Positions 1 through 10,468 of a DNA stretch of 64,000 bases are shown piece after piece. The position numbers and the translations under genes are program-made. Numbering within the stretch: position 1 is the stretch's first letter; every line of letters begins with the position of its first letter. Location of the stretch: IMG/VR virus record IMGVR_UViG_3300023196_003249, positions 1 to 64,000 of that record; one strand, given 5' to 3'. The DNA is from a virus. The notes under the pieces are model-generated. The model ran no database searches and had not been told where the DNA came from. It worked only from the letters and a program-made list of their open reading frames with translations.

Positions 1-262
1 TAGCTAATAATTTTGAGAATACTCTTCTCACGATTGGAAATACAACCGTTTCGAAAGAACCTGAGCTTGAAGCGTCAGTTGACTCGTTCAATAAGTGAGA
101 AGCTTCGTTCTCATATAATTGTGCGATGTTTTCTTTCACGTGACCTTTAAGACCCTCTAAGAATCCTAGGCTATCCCATTTAGAGATAGTGTTTTCACGT
201 ACTTGTTTCATATGGTTTAATCCGATGTTTCCGATTTTACCTGATGTTAAAAAATGTGACAT
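1..262 (-). CDS. major capsid protein, T4 gp23-like (N-terminal 87 codons; gene runs off left edge)
   Basis: ATG at 262-260. My translation MSHFLTSGKIGNIGLNHMKQVRENTISKWDSLGFLEGL..NIAQLYENEASHLL..FETVVFPIVRRVFSKLLA resembles the gp23-family N-terminus. Lies after the scaffold and gp21-like protease, as in T4. Confidence 0.75.
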   Translation of the reverse strand, partial: MSHFLTSGKIGNIGLNHMKQVRENTISKWDSLGFLEGLKGHVKENIAQLYENEASHLLNESTDASSSGSFETVVFPIVRRVFSKLLA

Positions 263-317
263 AATTTATTTTTGTTTTTGTTTTTATTAATTTTTATTGT
301 TTAGATTTATTAATAGA

Positions 318-2192
318 TTATCTTTTAGTTCTATTAATTAAATCCATTATTCTACTTTGTGCTGGGTCAACGTAAGTTCTAGTTTCATTCAGCTGAGCTG
401 ATTGGCTAGTACTTTGTTCACTCACAATTCTACTCTCAACTGATTCAACCATAGGTTTTTTATTACCTAATTCTGAAACGATTGATTTGTACAACCTTTT
501 TGATTCTCCAATCGTGTTAACTTCGTCATCGAATCTATTTAAGATTACTTTTTTCTCCTCACTAGTCGTAGAATGCTCTAAGAATAGTTTAGTAACGTAA
601 GTTAAGTTTGAATTGAATACAGCAGTTTCACCTAGCATTTTTCTAAATCCAACAAGAGATTCTTTTATTTTATCGCTCTCTTCTTTAATTTTGATTGCTT
701 CAGCTAACAGCTTATTATATTTATTTGCAGCTTCTTTTAATTTAACGCTTTCATTTGCATATGCTTTTCCTCCAGCTCCATCAGGTGCTCCGAACTTATC
801 AGCTCCTACCCCTTCTTGTCTGAATTTTTGTGCCATACCTACAGCAATTTGCTCTTCAACAGCATCTTCTTCAACAACTTCTTCAGTTATTTCAGCATCT
901 TCTACAATTTCAGTTTCTTCAACAGCTTCAACACTTTCTTCAACAACTTCTTCAGTTATTTCAGCATCGTCTTCATTAATTTCAGAATCATCTTCAACTA
1001 CTATAGGAGCCTTTTGACCTTCAATATCTCCACTTGGCATTGAGCCTCCTTTTGATAATTTGTCTTTAGTTGCTGCGTTTTTAATCACATCATCTTCCAT
1101 AATATGGTTAGCGTGATTATCTCCCGTACCGTTTTGAGCGTTATCATCAAATCCACCTTCAAGATTATCTCCTGAATCTGAATCTTCTGGCGCTGTTTGA
1201 CCGTCAATGTCACCTGTGTTAGGAGCTTTCGCTTCTTTACCCATAGTTACATCGCTAGTTGCGGTTCTTGGTTTACCATTTGCTGTTTTACCGATTAAGG
1301 TATCTTCAGTAATATCGTCACCATCTTCTGATAACTCTACTTCGTAAACTACACTTTCTCCTAATTCATCGTCATCATCATCTGAATCATCATCACCTAC
1401 TGGCGCTTCTGTTTCATCTGATTCTGCATCAAATTCTGCTTCTTCTGGTTCAGCAGCTGGTTCCCCAACTTCTTCTCCACCTGCATCAGCACCTAATTCA
1501 TCACCACTAATGTCAATATCAACTTCTGGCTCTGCACCAACTTCAGCACCTAATTCTGCGCCAAAATCATCAGCTGGCTCTTCACCACCTAATTCTCCTG
1601 CCATATCCATAGGACCTTGGTCTAGCATACTATCGCCTCCACCTAATTTAACATTGTACTCTGAACCGGATACCGGGTCTTTAATAATTACTTCACTTGG
1701 TGATACAACTTCTATTTCGTCTTCTCCGCTTAATTTTTTATAAACTGAGATAACATCCTCGTCTGATGCGCTAGTCATGTCCATTTCGTAGTCTACGCTA
1801 CCTTCATCTGCTCCGAGGTCTAAACCACCTTCCACAGAGTCCAAGCCCATGTCATCAATTCCAAGTTCTTCAGAACCACCTAATTCAGGTGAGTCTCCAA
1901 CTGGTAATGCGTCAACGTCATCTCCCATATCTAGAGCACCCATTTCTGAGTCTTCCATTCCTGGTTCAATACCGTCAACTGGTAATGCGTCAATGTCTCC
2001 ACCATCGCTATCGATATCCGAGATTTCATACTCGTCTTCGAAATCATCCTCTCTCAAGGATTCGTTTAGCGCATCTGTAATATCTTCTTTTGCTACTGCA
2101 CGAAGTATTTCTTTAGAATTGGAATTTAACGCCCCTTCAATCAGTTTGTATTCCTTTATCGCTTCTTCTATAATAGAATCTTTTCTATTCAT
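318..2192 (-). CDS. prohead scaffolding/core protein (gp22-like by position), extremely acidic
   Basis: 624-aa D/E/G-rich ORF between the prohead protease and the capsid gene. Contains an internal AEITEEVVEE duplication and a helical basic C-terminus. Confidence 0.6.
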   Translation of the reverse strand: MNRKDSIIEEAIKEYKLIEGALNSNSKEILRAVAKEDITDALNESLREDDFEDEYEISDIDSDGGDIDALPVDGIEPGMEDSEMGALDMGDDVDALPVGDSPELGGSEELGIDDMGLDSVEGGLDLGADEGSVDYEMDMTSASDEDVISVYKKLSGEDEIEVVSPSEVIIKDPVSGSEYNVKLGGGDSMLDQGPMDMAGELGGEEPADDFGAELGAEVGAEPEVDIDISGDELGADAGGEEVGEPAAEPEEAEFDAESDETEAPVGDDDSDDDDDELGESVVYEVELSEDGDDITEDTLIGKTANGKPRTATSDVTMGKEAKAPNTGDIDGQTAPEDSDSGDNLEGGFDDNAQNGTGDNHANHIMEDDVIKNAATKDKLSKGGSMPSGDIEGQKAPIVVEDDSEINEDDAEITEEVVEESVEAVEETEIVEDAEITEEVVEEDAVEEQIAVGMAQKFRQEGVGADKFGAPDGAGGKAYANESVKLKEAANKYNKLLAEAIKIKEESDKIKESLVGFRKMLGETAVFNSNLTYVTKLFLEHSTTSEEKKVILNRFDDEVNTIGESKRLYKSIVSELGNKKPMVESVESRIVSEQSTSQSAQLNETRTYVDPAQSRIMDLINRTKR

Positions 2193-2242
2193 TTTCTTTT
2201 GTATTTAATTTTTTCGTATTACTGTACAATATAATTCATACA

Positions 2243-2257
2243 TTTAGTAATAAATAT
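2243..2257 (-). promoter_or_regulatory. late-like promoter motif ATATTTATTACTAAA
   Basis: Member of the recurrent ATATTTAT(T/A)AATAAA family, upstream of the scaffold gene. Confidence 0.35.
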
Positions 2258-2325
2258 GAATCGCTTTATCAAAAAAACCTTTTTTCATAAAAAAAAGGTA
2301 TATTTCTTTGTTTTTTTTAATTTTT

Positions 2326-3018
2326 TTACAATAAAAACTTATTAAGATTGTCTATTAATAAATTACCACCTTTAATTTTTGACTCCATAAATGGTTGAGC
2401 CTCAGCCCTTTTATTAAACATATATGAGCCAGGAGTACTAGGACTAGTAACAATATCCCAACATATCAATTCAAAATCATCTTGAACAATTAATTTATCA
2501 CCCATTTCATCTAACGAACCAACACCTCTTGAAGATACACCTACTCTAATACCCTTTCTAAGCATATTAGCAATATTATCACCTTCACAAGATATAATAC
2601 CCATGTTAATAAATCCTGGAGACATTAAGATTTCAATCTCACCAACTAAGGTATGTCCTTCCCACCAAATCTTTTTAATTTCATGTGATACCCTACTGTT
2701 AGAAATAACAGATGTTTCCGGATGGTCACTCTCACCAATAGCAGACCTACTATCTATTAGTTTTTGATATTCGATTGCTTGTTGTCTAAGAACAGCTTCA
2801 GGATATATTCTACCATTTTTATTCTCAACTCCATATTTTTGTAGAATTACAAATAAAATTAATGGCTCAACCATAGCAGGTGTTCCAGTACCAACCTTAC
2901 TCATTTCAGTTATGAATGGTTTATTTCTTATATCTTTAGGCTCGATGTATCCTGCATCACCTTCTATAAGTATTCCAAATCCAGGCTTACCAGCTCTAAT
3001 AGTTTTATATTCTGACAT
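2326..3018 (-). CDS. prohead core protease, T4 gp21-like
   Basis: NKNGRIYPEAVL, GESDHPE, KIWWEG and VGVSSRGVGSL match the gp21 blocks NRNKRLYPKRIL, GELNHP, MWWKG and PGVSSRGLGSL. Confidence 0.85.
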   Translation of the reverse strand: MSEYKTIRAGKPGFGILIEGDAGYIEPKDIRNKPFITEMSKVGTGTPAMVEPLILFVILQKYGVENKNGRIYPEAVLRQQAIEYQKLIDSRSAIGESDHPETSVISNSRVSHEIKKIWWEGHTLVGEIEILMSPGFINMGIISCEGDNIANMLRKGIRVGVSSRGVGSLDEMGDKLIVQDDFELICWDIVTSPSTPGSYMFNKRAEAQPFMESKIKGGNLLIDNLNKFLL

Positions 3019-3026
3019 AAAATCGT

Positions 3027-3041
3027 TTTATTGATAAATAT
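3027..3041 (-). promoter_or_regulatory. late-like promoter motif ATATTTATCAATAAA
   Basis: 8 nt upstream of the protease ATG. Confidence 0.4.
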
Positions 3042-3061
3042 AACAGAAAACGAAAAAAAGC

Positions 3062-3541
3062 CTAATCTTTATGATTAAGCTTGTTTAAATATTTTTTTGC
3101 GTCTACCTTTTTTTTATAAAATGTGAAAAATTCATTTTCACTAAGTACATCATTTATTATGTTTTTACATATATCATTTAACTCTGTTAGTATAAATTCA
3201 GAATTTATTAAATGTTTTTCATATTGATATAATGTTATCTCACAACACATATAACTAGGTTTACCATATGTAATACCAGAATCCCTCATATCCATATCAA
3301 CCATCGTTTTATTTTGATTGAATTTATTGGTGTTGATTGTATTGTAAATTAAAGACTTAACCCTTTTATCGATTCGCCTAATTATCCTGATATAATTTTC
3401 ATCATTCTTTGATATTGGGTTACCCCAACCACTTATCTTTATGTATAAAGATTTAGGAGTTTTCTTATCAATAGCCCCTATAGATATGTTAAAATTATTA
3501 TAATTATTTAACTTTATCTCTGTTCCTCTACTATATTTCAT
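3062..3541 (-). CDS. hypothetical protein
   Basis: ORF in the head-module block. TTG-N20-TAtaTTTG promoter just upstream (about 3557-3590). Confidence 0.55.
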   Translation of the reverse strand: MKYSRGTEIKLNNYNNFNISIGAIDKKTPKSLYIKISGWGNPISKNDENYIRIIRRIDKRVKSLIYNTINTNKFNQNKTMVDMDMRDSGITYGKPSYMCCEITLYQYEKHLINSEFILTELNDICKNIINDVLSENEFFTFYKKKVDAKKYLNKLNHKD

Positions 3542-3636
3542 TTATTTTATTTTACGCAAATATACGTAAAAGAATAGTAAAAGTCAAGTGTTAGAAGCTC
3601 TGACTACCAGGTATTAAGTAAATAGTTAACCTGGTA

Positions 3637-4134
3637 TTATGCGATTTTAGGCTTATGAATATACTTTTCACCTAAAAAAGGTAAAACATAATCTTCATTG
3701 GTAGTTAATACATTATGAACTAAACACCCAGTACTAGAAGTTAAATAGTGAATTTCCTCTGGAGTGAAAAAGTATTCATCACCAACAGTGTACACAGCGC
3801 CATCTAACTTATTGGTTAATTCTCCTTTTATAATTCTACCTATTTCAAATTCTTTAGTATGTCTGTGAGGGGTTATGTACGAATTAGGTCTATAATCAGT
3901 TAATAAACTCTTAGCACCACCTTTATCTTTACCTAAAGCCATAATTCTAACCCCATGGGCAACAGAATTAGGTAACAACTCCCATTTATCTTTTATGAAA
4001 AGAATCTCATCCGGAGTTACATCTGGAAACGCAATTGCAAAACATTTTAGTTGTTTCTTAACCTTTTTAAGACCAACTTTAGCTTTGTTATAATTATCAT
4101 TATTACTTAGTAGAAAGTTATCGAATACACCCAT
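3637..4134 (-). CDS. cupin-fold protein (putative)
   Basis: PHRHTKEFEIGRIIKG fits the cupin motif HxH-x4-E-x6-G. A second beta-rich block VGDEYFFTPEEIHYL follows. Confidence 0.45.
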   Translation of the reverse strand: MGVFDNFLLSNNDNYNKAKVGLKKVKKQLKCFAIAFPDVTPDEILFIKDKWELLPNSVAHGVRIMALGKDKGGAKSLLTDYRPNSYITPHRHTKEFEIGRIIKGELTNKLDGAVYTVGDEYFFTPEEIHYLTSSTGCLVHNVLTTNEDYVLPFLGEKYIHKPKIA

Positions 4135-4422
4135 TTAATTATTTTTTTCTTCACTATTATTTTTTACCAACATCTTAATGTCCCGTAATAATTCAAGTAT
4201 CTGTTCTTTAGTTTTCTCACTCGCATCTCCAATCTTATCACTTTTTTCTTCCCATAACGTAGCCACCTTGATTACGTCTTTAGATAGTTCATCTTTTTCG
4301 GTTTCTGATTTGTTCAACCTATTAGCTAACCAATAAATAACCACACCCATCAATACAATTACTGGGGCTTGTTCGATTAACCATGCACCTATTTCAACTG
4401 CTAGTAAAATTGTCGTAATCAT
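4135..4422 (-). CDS. small membrane-anchored protein
   Basis: Two N-terminal hydrophobic helices followed by a charged helix. Abuts its neighbours. Confidence 0.5.
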   Translation of the reverse strand: MITTILLAVEIGAWLIEQAPVIVLMGVVIYWLANRLNKSETEKDELSKDVIKVATLWEEKSDKIGDASEKTKEQILELLRDIKMLVKNNSEEKNN

Positions 4423-4429
4423 ATCTTTT

Positions 4430-5206
4430 TTATAATAAGTCGCCTTTTAAAGCTATGATTTTTGTAATTTCAGACACGAAATTATCTTCAGAATAATTAT
4501 ATCTTAATAATCTATCCTTTACTTGTAGTAAAGTATCTTTCTCATCAATGGTACACTCACTAAGTTGTTCATTAACTAAATCAATACACTCACCAATAGT
4601 TTCAGTATAAACTTTTTGTTGACCTTCAACATCTTTAGCTATGATTAACTTAACAATATTAAACTCCCCTTCATTAATCTCAGAGAATTTATCATTAAAC
4701 TTATCTTGAGCTGCCTCAAGGACCATATCACTTTTAAAGATTTCAGGAGTTTCAGCTTTAACAACAACTTTATTGTTATTTATATAGTCCGATATGAAAT
4801 AAGTAGATTCTAACAATTTGTCGATATTACTACTAGTTTTATCTTTAGTTGCTAATGTATTAATGTTTTTGTGTAATTCTTTTTTATCATAATCTTCTTT
4901 AATAACTTCATAGCCATGTTTGGTTAAGTAGTTTACTAGCTTATTATTTTCAGATATGATATTATCCTTACCCAATCCTTTTAACACATCAATAGCCTCT
5001 TTCACATAGTTGTTGGACTTAAAACTGTCCACTTCAACCATACTCTCAAGTTTATTATATATGTGATACTGAGCTCTTAAAACATTACTTTCTTTAAGCG
5101 TTTTAAAGTATGCTTTAAATACCTTTTTACCTTTATTATCCTTATCCCTAACAGAGTCAGCGAAAATGTTTTTAAAGGTCTCGTTTATTATACCAAAATT
5201 TTGCAT
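4430..5206 (-). CDS. hypothetical protein
   Basis: ORF between the portal and protease genes (the position of T4 gp67/gp68-like genes). No motif recognised. Confidence 0.55.
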   Translation of the reverse strand: MQNFGIINETFKNIFADSVRDKDNKGKKVFKAYFKTLKESNVLRAQYHIYNKLESMVEVDSFKSNNYVKEAIDVLKGLGKDNIISENNKLVNYLTKHGYEVIKEDYDKKELHKNINTLATKDKTSSNIDKLLESTYFISDYINNNKVVVKAETPEIFKSDMVLEAAQDKFNDKFSEINEGEFNIVKLIIAKDVEGQQKVYTETIGECIDLVNEQLSECTIDEKDTLLQVKDRLLRYNYSEDNFVSEITKIIALKGDLL

Positions 5207-5213
5207 GTATTTC

Positions 5214-5228
5214 TTTTAATATAAATAT
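5214..5228 (-). promoter_or_regulatory. late-like promoter motif ATATTTATATTAAAA
   Basis: 7 nt upstream of the ATG at 5206. Confidence 0.35.
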
Positions 5229-5229
5229 A

Positions 5230-7284
5230 TTATTCTTTAGGTAAAGACGACTCATTAGATAAATTAGTATCAATTTCATTAATCATTGAGTTAATAGTAT
5301 TGTTAACTATTAAACTTTTATCATATATTTTAACACTCTCTTTAACGAATTCCTCTTCTATTTCTAACCCTTTAGCCAATTCATTTAAATAGTTAGAACG
5401 CTTAATCGGTCTTCTTCTTTTACTACCTTTAAGTTTTCTACTTTCTTTAATAATGTTACCTTTCTTTCTAGCAATTTCAGCCATTTCAGCGTCAACTCCG
5501 ACATCGGCAGTATCTTCATCATCTCCAAAATCAGTTTCACCACCTAAATCAGTTTCACCAAATGGGTCATCACCCTCAGTATCTAAAGATTCATCATCCA
5601 AATCTAAATCAGGAGCGTCAAATCCACCACCGAAACCGCCACCGCCTCCAGCACCGCCAGAACCGCCTCCACCTTCAGGGTCTTCTTCTTCAAGTTGTCC
5701 ACCTTTCTTAGCCATTTCCATATCACCATAAATTCTATCAACTTTATCGTACATACCAGTGTACTTAATAACGTTAGCAGTATTTTCAAGTTCTGAAGCC
5801 GCAGCTTTCTCCATACGTTGCTCAATAAGGTCTTGTTTGATTTCATCATCCGACCAACCTAAGATTTCACGCTTACCTCTTGTCATAGACATTGTACCAA
5901 ATCCATTACCAGCATCAGCAACAGCATCTTTATATAAACTAACTTTAGCCGCCATATGTTCAACCTTAAGCATTTCCGCTTGAGTTGATGGATTGTTAAG
6001 TGTAAGTGTGAAATTATCTAAATCATCTTCGAACCCTAATAAGTATAAGTGTATAATTGCAATCTTATTTAATTCATGAAGCATTGCTTGTTGAATTCTA
6101 TTAATTGTTCTTGAGAATCTAATATCTTGTAACGCTAAGTTTTTCCCTTCACCAGTTGGTTCTTCAAACCCTAAGAAAGGTTTAGGTACTCTTAACGCAG
6201 TAAATAATTTTCTTTGTAAATATTCAATATCTGCAATTTGGTCTAAGTTCTGAGCTCCAGGCAATGTATCAATTGGTGTTGGAGAATCCTCACTCCTAAC
6301 TGGTACAAATATATCTTGGTCTAAACCTAACTGATTATAACGCAAATCCATTTGACCTGTTTGAGGGTCCACCAATGGAGCACGTTTAAATCGATTAGCA
6401 ATCTCATTTACGTACTGTTCTACATCTTCGTTATCAATGTTACCCACAAATATCTTGTATACACGTCTTTCTGGCGCTCTGGTTACACGATATACTAGCA
6501 TTGCATCCTCAGACAGTATAAGTTGCTTCCAAATCCTTCTAGCCTTTTCTAAGAAGCTCGTACCGTATGGTAACTTCCTATCATCACCTAATAATCTAAA
6601 GTGGGCTACTTGCCAAGAATTGAAAGTAACGTCTTTACCTTTCCAAAAGAATTTAGTTTTATTTTTTGTATCATCCTTATTAACCCCTTCTAATTGAGCT
6701 GGAGAAATAATACCATGAATATCATTCTCTCTACGTTCAATCTCAAAGTTAGGTAATTGTCTAGCACCTATAACTCCACCTTTATCGTCAATATTTAGGT
6801 GAACGAAATTATCACCATACTTACAAGTGTTTCTAGTCCACATTGGTAAAGCGGTGTGAATATCTAATCTATTTACAAATAAATCTTCAAGAATTCTTTT
6901 TACACGTTTACTTCCAGAGTAAATGTTAATTATATCTCCTTTATCATTTGGAGTCGTAGACTCTTCCATCATAACATCTAAAGCTGCTGAAATCTCTGGA
7001 TAAAATTCCATTGTTTCGAAATCAGAATACGAACCAACTCTTGTAGTTTCATAATGAATAGCTTGTTGATACAACTCACCATCCACTTTAGTCCACATGT
7101 TAGCTAAGTACTTAGTTTGTTGTGCTTGTAATTTAGCCGTTTCAAACTCTTCTTTAGAAGTAGTTTTAAGTATCTCGGTGTTACCCATTGAATACCTATT
7201 ACTTCTCTTAGCATGAGGATTAAGACCTTCTTTTCCAAAAACATTATTAAGCTTTTGGTATACAGTCAATTTATTTTTTGCCAT
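5230..7284 (-). CDS. portal protein (gp20-like) with long Gly-rich/acidic/basic C-terminal extension
   Basis: 684-aa ORF immediately downstream of TerL, in T4 order. The size of the core fits a portal. The family call rests on synteny plus general resemblance. Confidence 0.7.
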   Translation of the reverse strand: MAKNKLTVYQKLNNVFGKEGLNPHAKRSNRYSMGNTEILKTTSKEEFETAKLQAQQTKYLANMWTKVDGELYQQAIHYETTRVGSYSDFETMEFYPEISAALDVMMEESTTPNDKGDIINIYSGSKRVKRILEDLFVNRLDIHTALPMWTRNTCKYGDNFVHLNIDDKGGVIGARQLPNFEIERRENDIHGIISPAQLEGVNKDDTKNKTKFFWKGKDVTFNSWQVAHFRLLGDDRKLPYGTSFLEKARRIWKQLILSEDAMLVYRVTRAPERRVYKIFVGNIDNEDVEQYVNEIANRFKRAPLVDPQTGQMDLRYNQLGLDQDIFVPVRSEDSPTPIDTLPGAQNLDQIADIEYLQRKLFTALRVPKPFLGFEEPTGEGKNLALQDIRFSRTINRIQQAMLHELNKIAIIHLYLLGFEDDLDNFTLTLNNPSTQAEMLKVEHMAAKVSLYKDAVADAGNGFGTMSMTRGKREILGWSDDEIKQDLIEQRMEKAAASELENTANVIKYTGMYDKVDRIYGDMEMAKKGGQLEEEDPEGGGGSGGAGGGGGFGGGFDAPDLDLDDESLDTEGDDPFGETDLGGETDFGDDEDTADVGVDAEMAEIARKKGNIIKESRKLKGSKRRRPIKRSNYLNELAKGLEIEEEFVKESVKIYDKSLIVNNTINSMINEIDTNLSNESSLPKE

Positions 7285-7311
7285 TATATATCTTTTTATT
7301 AATTATAATCA

Positions 7312-7326
7312 ATTTATTATAAATAT
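7312..7326 (-). promoter_or_regulatory. late-like promoter motif ATATTTATAATAAAT
   Basis: 27 nt upstream of the portal ATG. Confidence 0.3.
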
Positions 7327-7344
7327 CAAGGGTTTATCGTATAT

Positions 7345-9159
7345 TTACTTTGTACCACTGAATAACCACATATATTTACCAGTTGGGTCTTGCATATTTT
7401 TAGCAACAGTACTATGGAAATTAGGTTTTTTAGTTGATTTTTTACCTCTATCTTTTCTAGATACGAAGTTTTCACCTTGGTAGAAATCTTCTGAAGACTT
7501 ACCACCAGTCATAACCCAACCTTTAAGCATAGCTTTAGTCGCAGCTTTAGATTCTTTTAATTTCTTAAATGAACTCTCAGCAACCCACAAAGCATAACCT
7601 AATGCCATTAATAAATCATCATGATACCCATCCATATGGTCAGCACGACCACTTTTAAATACAAAGGTTCTCATTTCACTAACCAACCTTTTTGAACGAA
7701 CTATAACTCCATTGGTTCTAATCATCATCTCTAAGTGTCCAATCAAAGGTGTTCTTACACCAGCTGCACAGTTAAATCCAGGATACTTACCTTCATCAGT
7801 ATAAGTGGTTATCTTACTTGTAACCTTATCCAATGGTCTATTAGTTGCATCACCATAATACAAGTTAGGAGTTCCCAATGTTTTTAAAACATTAATACAT
7901 CCAACACCCCAACCACCAGTTATATCAACAACAACCATAGCGTCATAAATTCTAGCATACTCATCAACAAAATAACCTAATAAATCTGATTGAACTTTTC
8001 CTTTATATTCCATAACTTGAGTCATAGTTGTAAAATCTAATACAACTATGGTAGATGAATCCTCACCATCACCTCTAGCAACATCGGCCGATAATATATA
8101 TTGATGCCCATCAACAGGTTCTTCCCATATCCAAAATTCATCATCTTCACCAGAAGTAAATTTAGGAACTTCTACATTATGCTTCTCTTGATGTGAAATG
8201 AATTTATCATCGATAACGTTACCCCCAGAACCTAAGAAAGAAACATCTAACTCTTGAGCAATTCTACGTTTATCCCAGTTCATTGCTTCACACATCTCCA
8301 CATACCACTTAGCCGTAGGACTATAACCATCCTTAACTTTTCTAGCATATGACTCAAAAGTCCATTCTACCTCCTCAATAACATCATCAGTTTCATCATG
8401 AACCCATTTTAACCCAGGATTATATCTAGGGTCTTGATACCATTTCATTTCTATGATATTATACTTATTCTTACCAGCGATTGATTGCTCATAAGTTTTA
8501 TGGTATAACTCATCCATACCGTTAGGTGTGGAAATCAATATACATTTACCCCCAGTACCTAACGAGGTAATAGCTGCAGCATATAATTCTGCCCCCTTCT
8601 CAACGAAAGCTGCCTCATCAAATATTAAAAAGGTTGGTGTAAATCCCCTCAAGGCATCCGTAGATGTTGCAACCGCAATTACTGTACTACCATTTACCAA
8701 TTCTAATTCAGTTTGATTTTTAGCAATGAAAATATCTTTAGCTTCATTCTCCTTACTACCACAATACTCTTCACCCCATACCCATCTAGGATATTGAATC
8801 AAGTACTCTTTAATACCTTTAAGGAATTTTTGTGCTAATTTTAATTTATTAGCAATGACTAAAATAGTCTCAGGGTTTTTAGGGTCAGCAAATGCTATCT
8901 TAGTAGCCATATAAGCCTGTGTAACGGTTGATATCCCAGCCTGTCTTGGTTTGGTTACAATATTATATCTATGGGTCTCATAGTCTTGTATAATCTCACT
9001 CTGTTTTTTAAATAAATTAAAAGGTACGAAACCTTCTTGCGTTTTATCAAAAGTTGTCAAATAATTCTTAATAGCATATTCCGGGCTAATTAAGCAATTA
9101 GTGTACTCCATTAATATTTCTTCACCTGTTAACATATAGTTTTTAATAATAAATATCAT
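7345..9159 (-). CDS. terL: terminase large subunit (gp17-like)
   Basis: Walker A-like KPRQAGISTV and Walker B LIFDEAAF. RNase H-like nuclease block ADVARGDGEDSSTIVVLD. The start could instead be an internal Met at 9135 or 9111. Confidence 0.9.
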   Translation of the reverse strand: MIFIIKNYMLTGEEILMEYTNCLISPEYAIKNYLTTFDKTQEGFVPFNLFKKQSEIIQDYETHRYNIVTKPRQAGISTVTQAYMATKIAFADPKNPETILVIANKLKLAQKFLKGIKEYLIQYPRWVWGEEYCGSKENEAKDIFIAKNQTELELVNGSTVIAVATSTDALRGFTPTFLIFDEAAFVEKGAELYAAAITSLGTGGKCILISTPNGMDELYHKTYEQSIAGKNKYNIIEMKWYQDPRYNPGLKWVHDETDDVIEEVEWTFESYARKVKDGYSPTAKWYVEMCEAMNWDKRRIAQELDVSFLGSGGNVIDDKFISHQEKHNVEVPKFTSGEDDEFWIWEEPVDGHQYILSADVARGDGEDSSTIVVLDFTTMTQVMEYKGKVQSDLLGYFVDEYARIYDAMVVVDITGGWGVGCINVLKTLGTPNLYYGDATNRPLDKVTSKITTYTDEGKYPGFNCAAGVRTPLIGHLEMMIRTNGVIVRSKRLVSEMRTFVFKSGRADHMDGYHDDLLMALGYALWVAESSFKKLKESKAATKAMLKGWVMTGGKSSEDFYQGENFVSRKDRGKKSTKKPNFHSTVAKNMQDPTGKYMWLFSGTK

Positions 9160-9183
9160 AAAACTATCGTTTAGGTTATAAAA

Positions 9184-9214
9184 ACAGAAAAGGAGAGCGT
9201 TAGCCCTCCTTTTT
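9184..9214. terminator. hairpin AGGAGAG..CCCTCCT with flanking T/A runs
   Basis: Sits between the stop of 9235..10467 and the terL start. Confidence 0.45.
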
Positions 9215-9234
9215 ATATAATTTAAATTTGGTTA

Positions 9235-10467
9235 TTAGAACCAATCTTCATCGTCAATATTATCCAAATCTTCAGGTGTGAAGAAATCATCATCACTTAT
9301 GTGACTCATAGCATCATCAAATTCATCACTCTTAAGTTCATCAATAACCTCATCGATAATTTCTTGAACTTTAGCCTTACCACTTCTAGTACCCAACATG
9401 ATTTCTCTCATAACTTCATTAAACTCATCAACAGGTAGAGCTACTAACTCAATATACACGTGATGCTTAAGAGCAAAATGTTCTGGTGGGATAGATTCTA
9501 AGAACTTCTCCCAAATTGGTGGACCTAATCTCATATCCCAAGTTTCAGCGTTCATAAAGTCAGCCTTACCCATTGCATACTTAGCAACACCTGGCTCTTT
9601 AGGTAATCCATGAGCAGAAAGTATTTCCATAACACCTTTAACTAATTCATGAATCAAAACTGGAAACGTCATAGCCTCGGCAGTTATTTTAGGGATATCC
9701 CCTTCACCTTTAGGAAATTCAACACTCACACCACCACCAGCAATTTTAGGTGTATTACCATCCTCCATCATGTAAGCATAATCAGCTCCTGACATAATCT
9801 TAGAATAGTTATGTGGTAATTGAGGGTCCATATCTTGTAATTCTGTATCAACCATATGAAACATGTGGTTAACTTTTTTAGCCGACCCTTGAATCATAGC
9901 ATTGATAAACCTACGTTTATATACCTCACCATTTGCTTTAACAAGTTCTGCGTGACTATCAAATTTACTATCACCATCAGCATCCGGGGTTAATTTAGGT
10001 GGATTCTTATTAATCTCTAATTGAGAAAAATCTGTAGTTAAATTAGCAATGATTTCAACTTCACTTTCGTCAATATCATATTCATCTCTTACAAGATTAA
10101 TAGCTAATTGTTCTAATTCCTCTTTATGTCGTTTTTCAATTTGAACTGTACCCATTAACATTTGACCTTGTTCTTGGTAAAATGATTGTAAATCAGCAAC
10201 TTCAGTTCCGTGATGTCTTTTAAATGTTTTTAAAACATCAGCAAATCGTTTAGACATTAGCTTCTCTTCAAAATGAGATTCATCACTCTCTGGAAAGATA
10301 GGATGAGTACCAAGTGAATGCGCTCTGTCTCTTAATTGTTTAGCTAATCTAGGGTTTAATCTTTCAGCATGACTATCTTCATAAGTCATACGACTTTCGT
10401 TTAGATTGTTTTCCCCACTTTTTTTAGCTAATGCTCTAGCGGCAATATCTTTATACTTGTCAGACAT
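9235..10467 (-). CDS. hypothetical protein
   Basis: 410-aa ORF upstream of terL. No motif recognised. Confidence 0.6.
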   Translation of the reverse strand: MSDKYKDIAARALAKKSGENNLNESRMTYEDSHAERLNPRLAKQLRDRAHSLGTHPIFPESDESHFEEKLMSKRFADVLKTFKRHHGTEVADLQSFYQEQGQMLMGTVQIEKRHKEELEQLAINLVRDEYDIDESEVEIIANLTTDFSQLEINKNPPKLTPDADGDSKFDSHAELVKANGEVYKRRFINAMIQGSAKKVNHMFHMVDTELQDMDPQLPHNYSKIMSGADYAYMMEDGNTPKIAGGGVSVEFPKGEGDIPKITAEAMTFPVLIHELVKGVMEILSAHGLPKEPGVAKYAMGKADFMNAETWDMRLGPPIWEKFLESIPPEHFALKHHVYIELVALPVDEFNEVMREIMLGTRSGKAKVQEIIDEVIDELKSDEFDDAMSHISDDDFFTPEDLDNIDDEDWF

Positions 10468-10468
10468 A

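Noticed and set aside
613-2208. Plus-strand ORFs (613..1017, 816..1043, 1510..1743, 1849..2208, 1889..2080) antisense to the acidic scaffold gene
   Set aside because: They are low-complexity Ser/Pro/Phe-rich translations. This is the mirror image of a GA-rich acidic gene. They lie entirely inside a well-supported minus-strand CDS.
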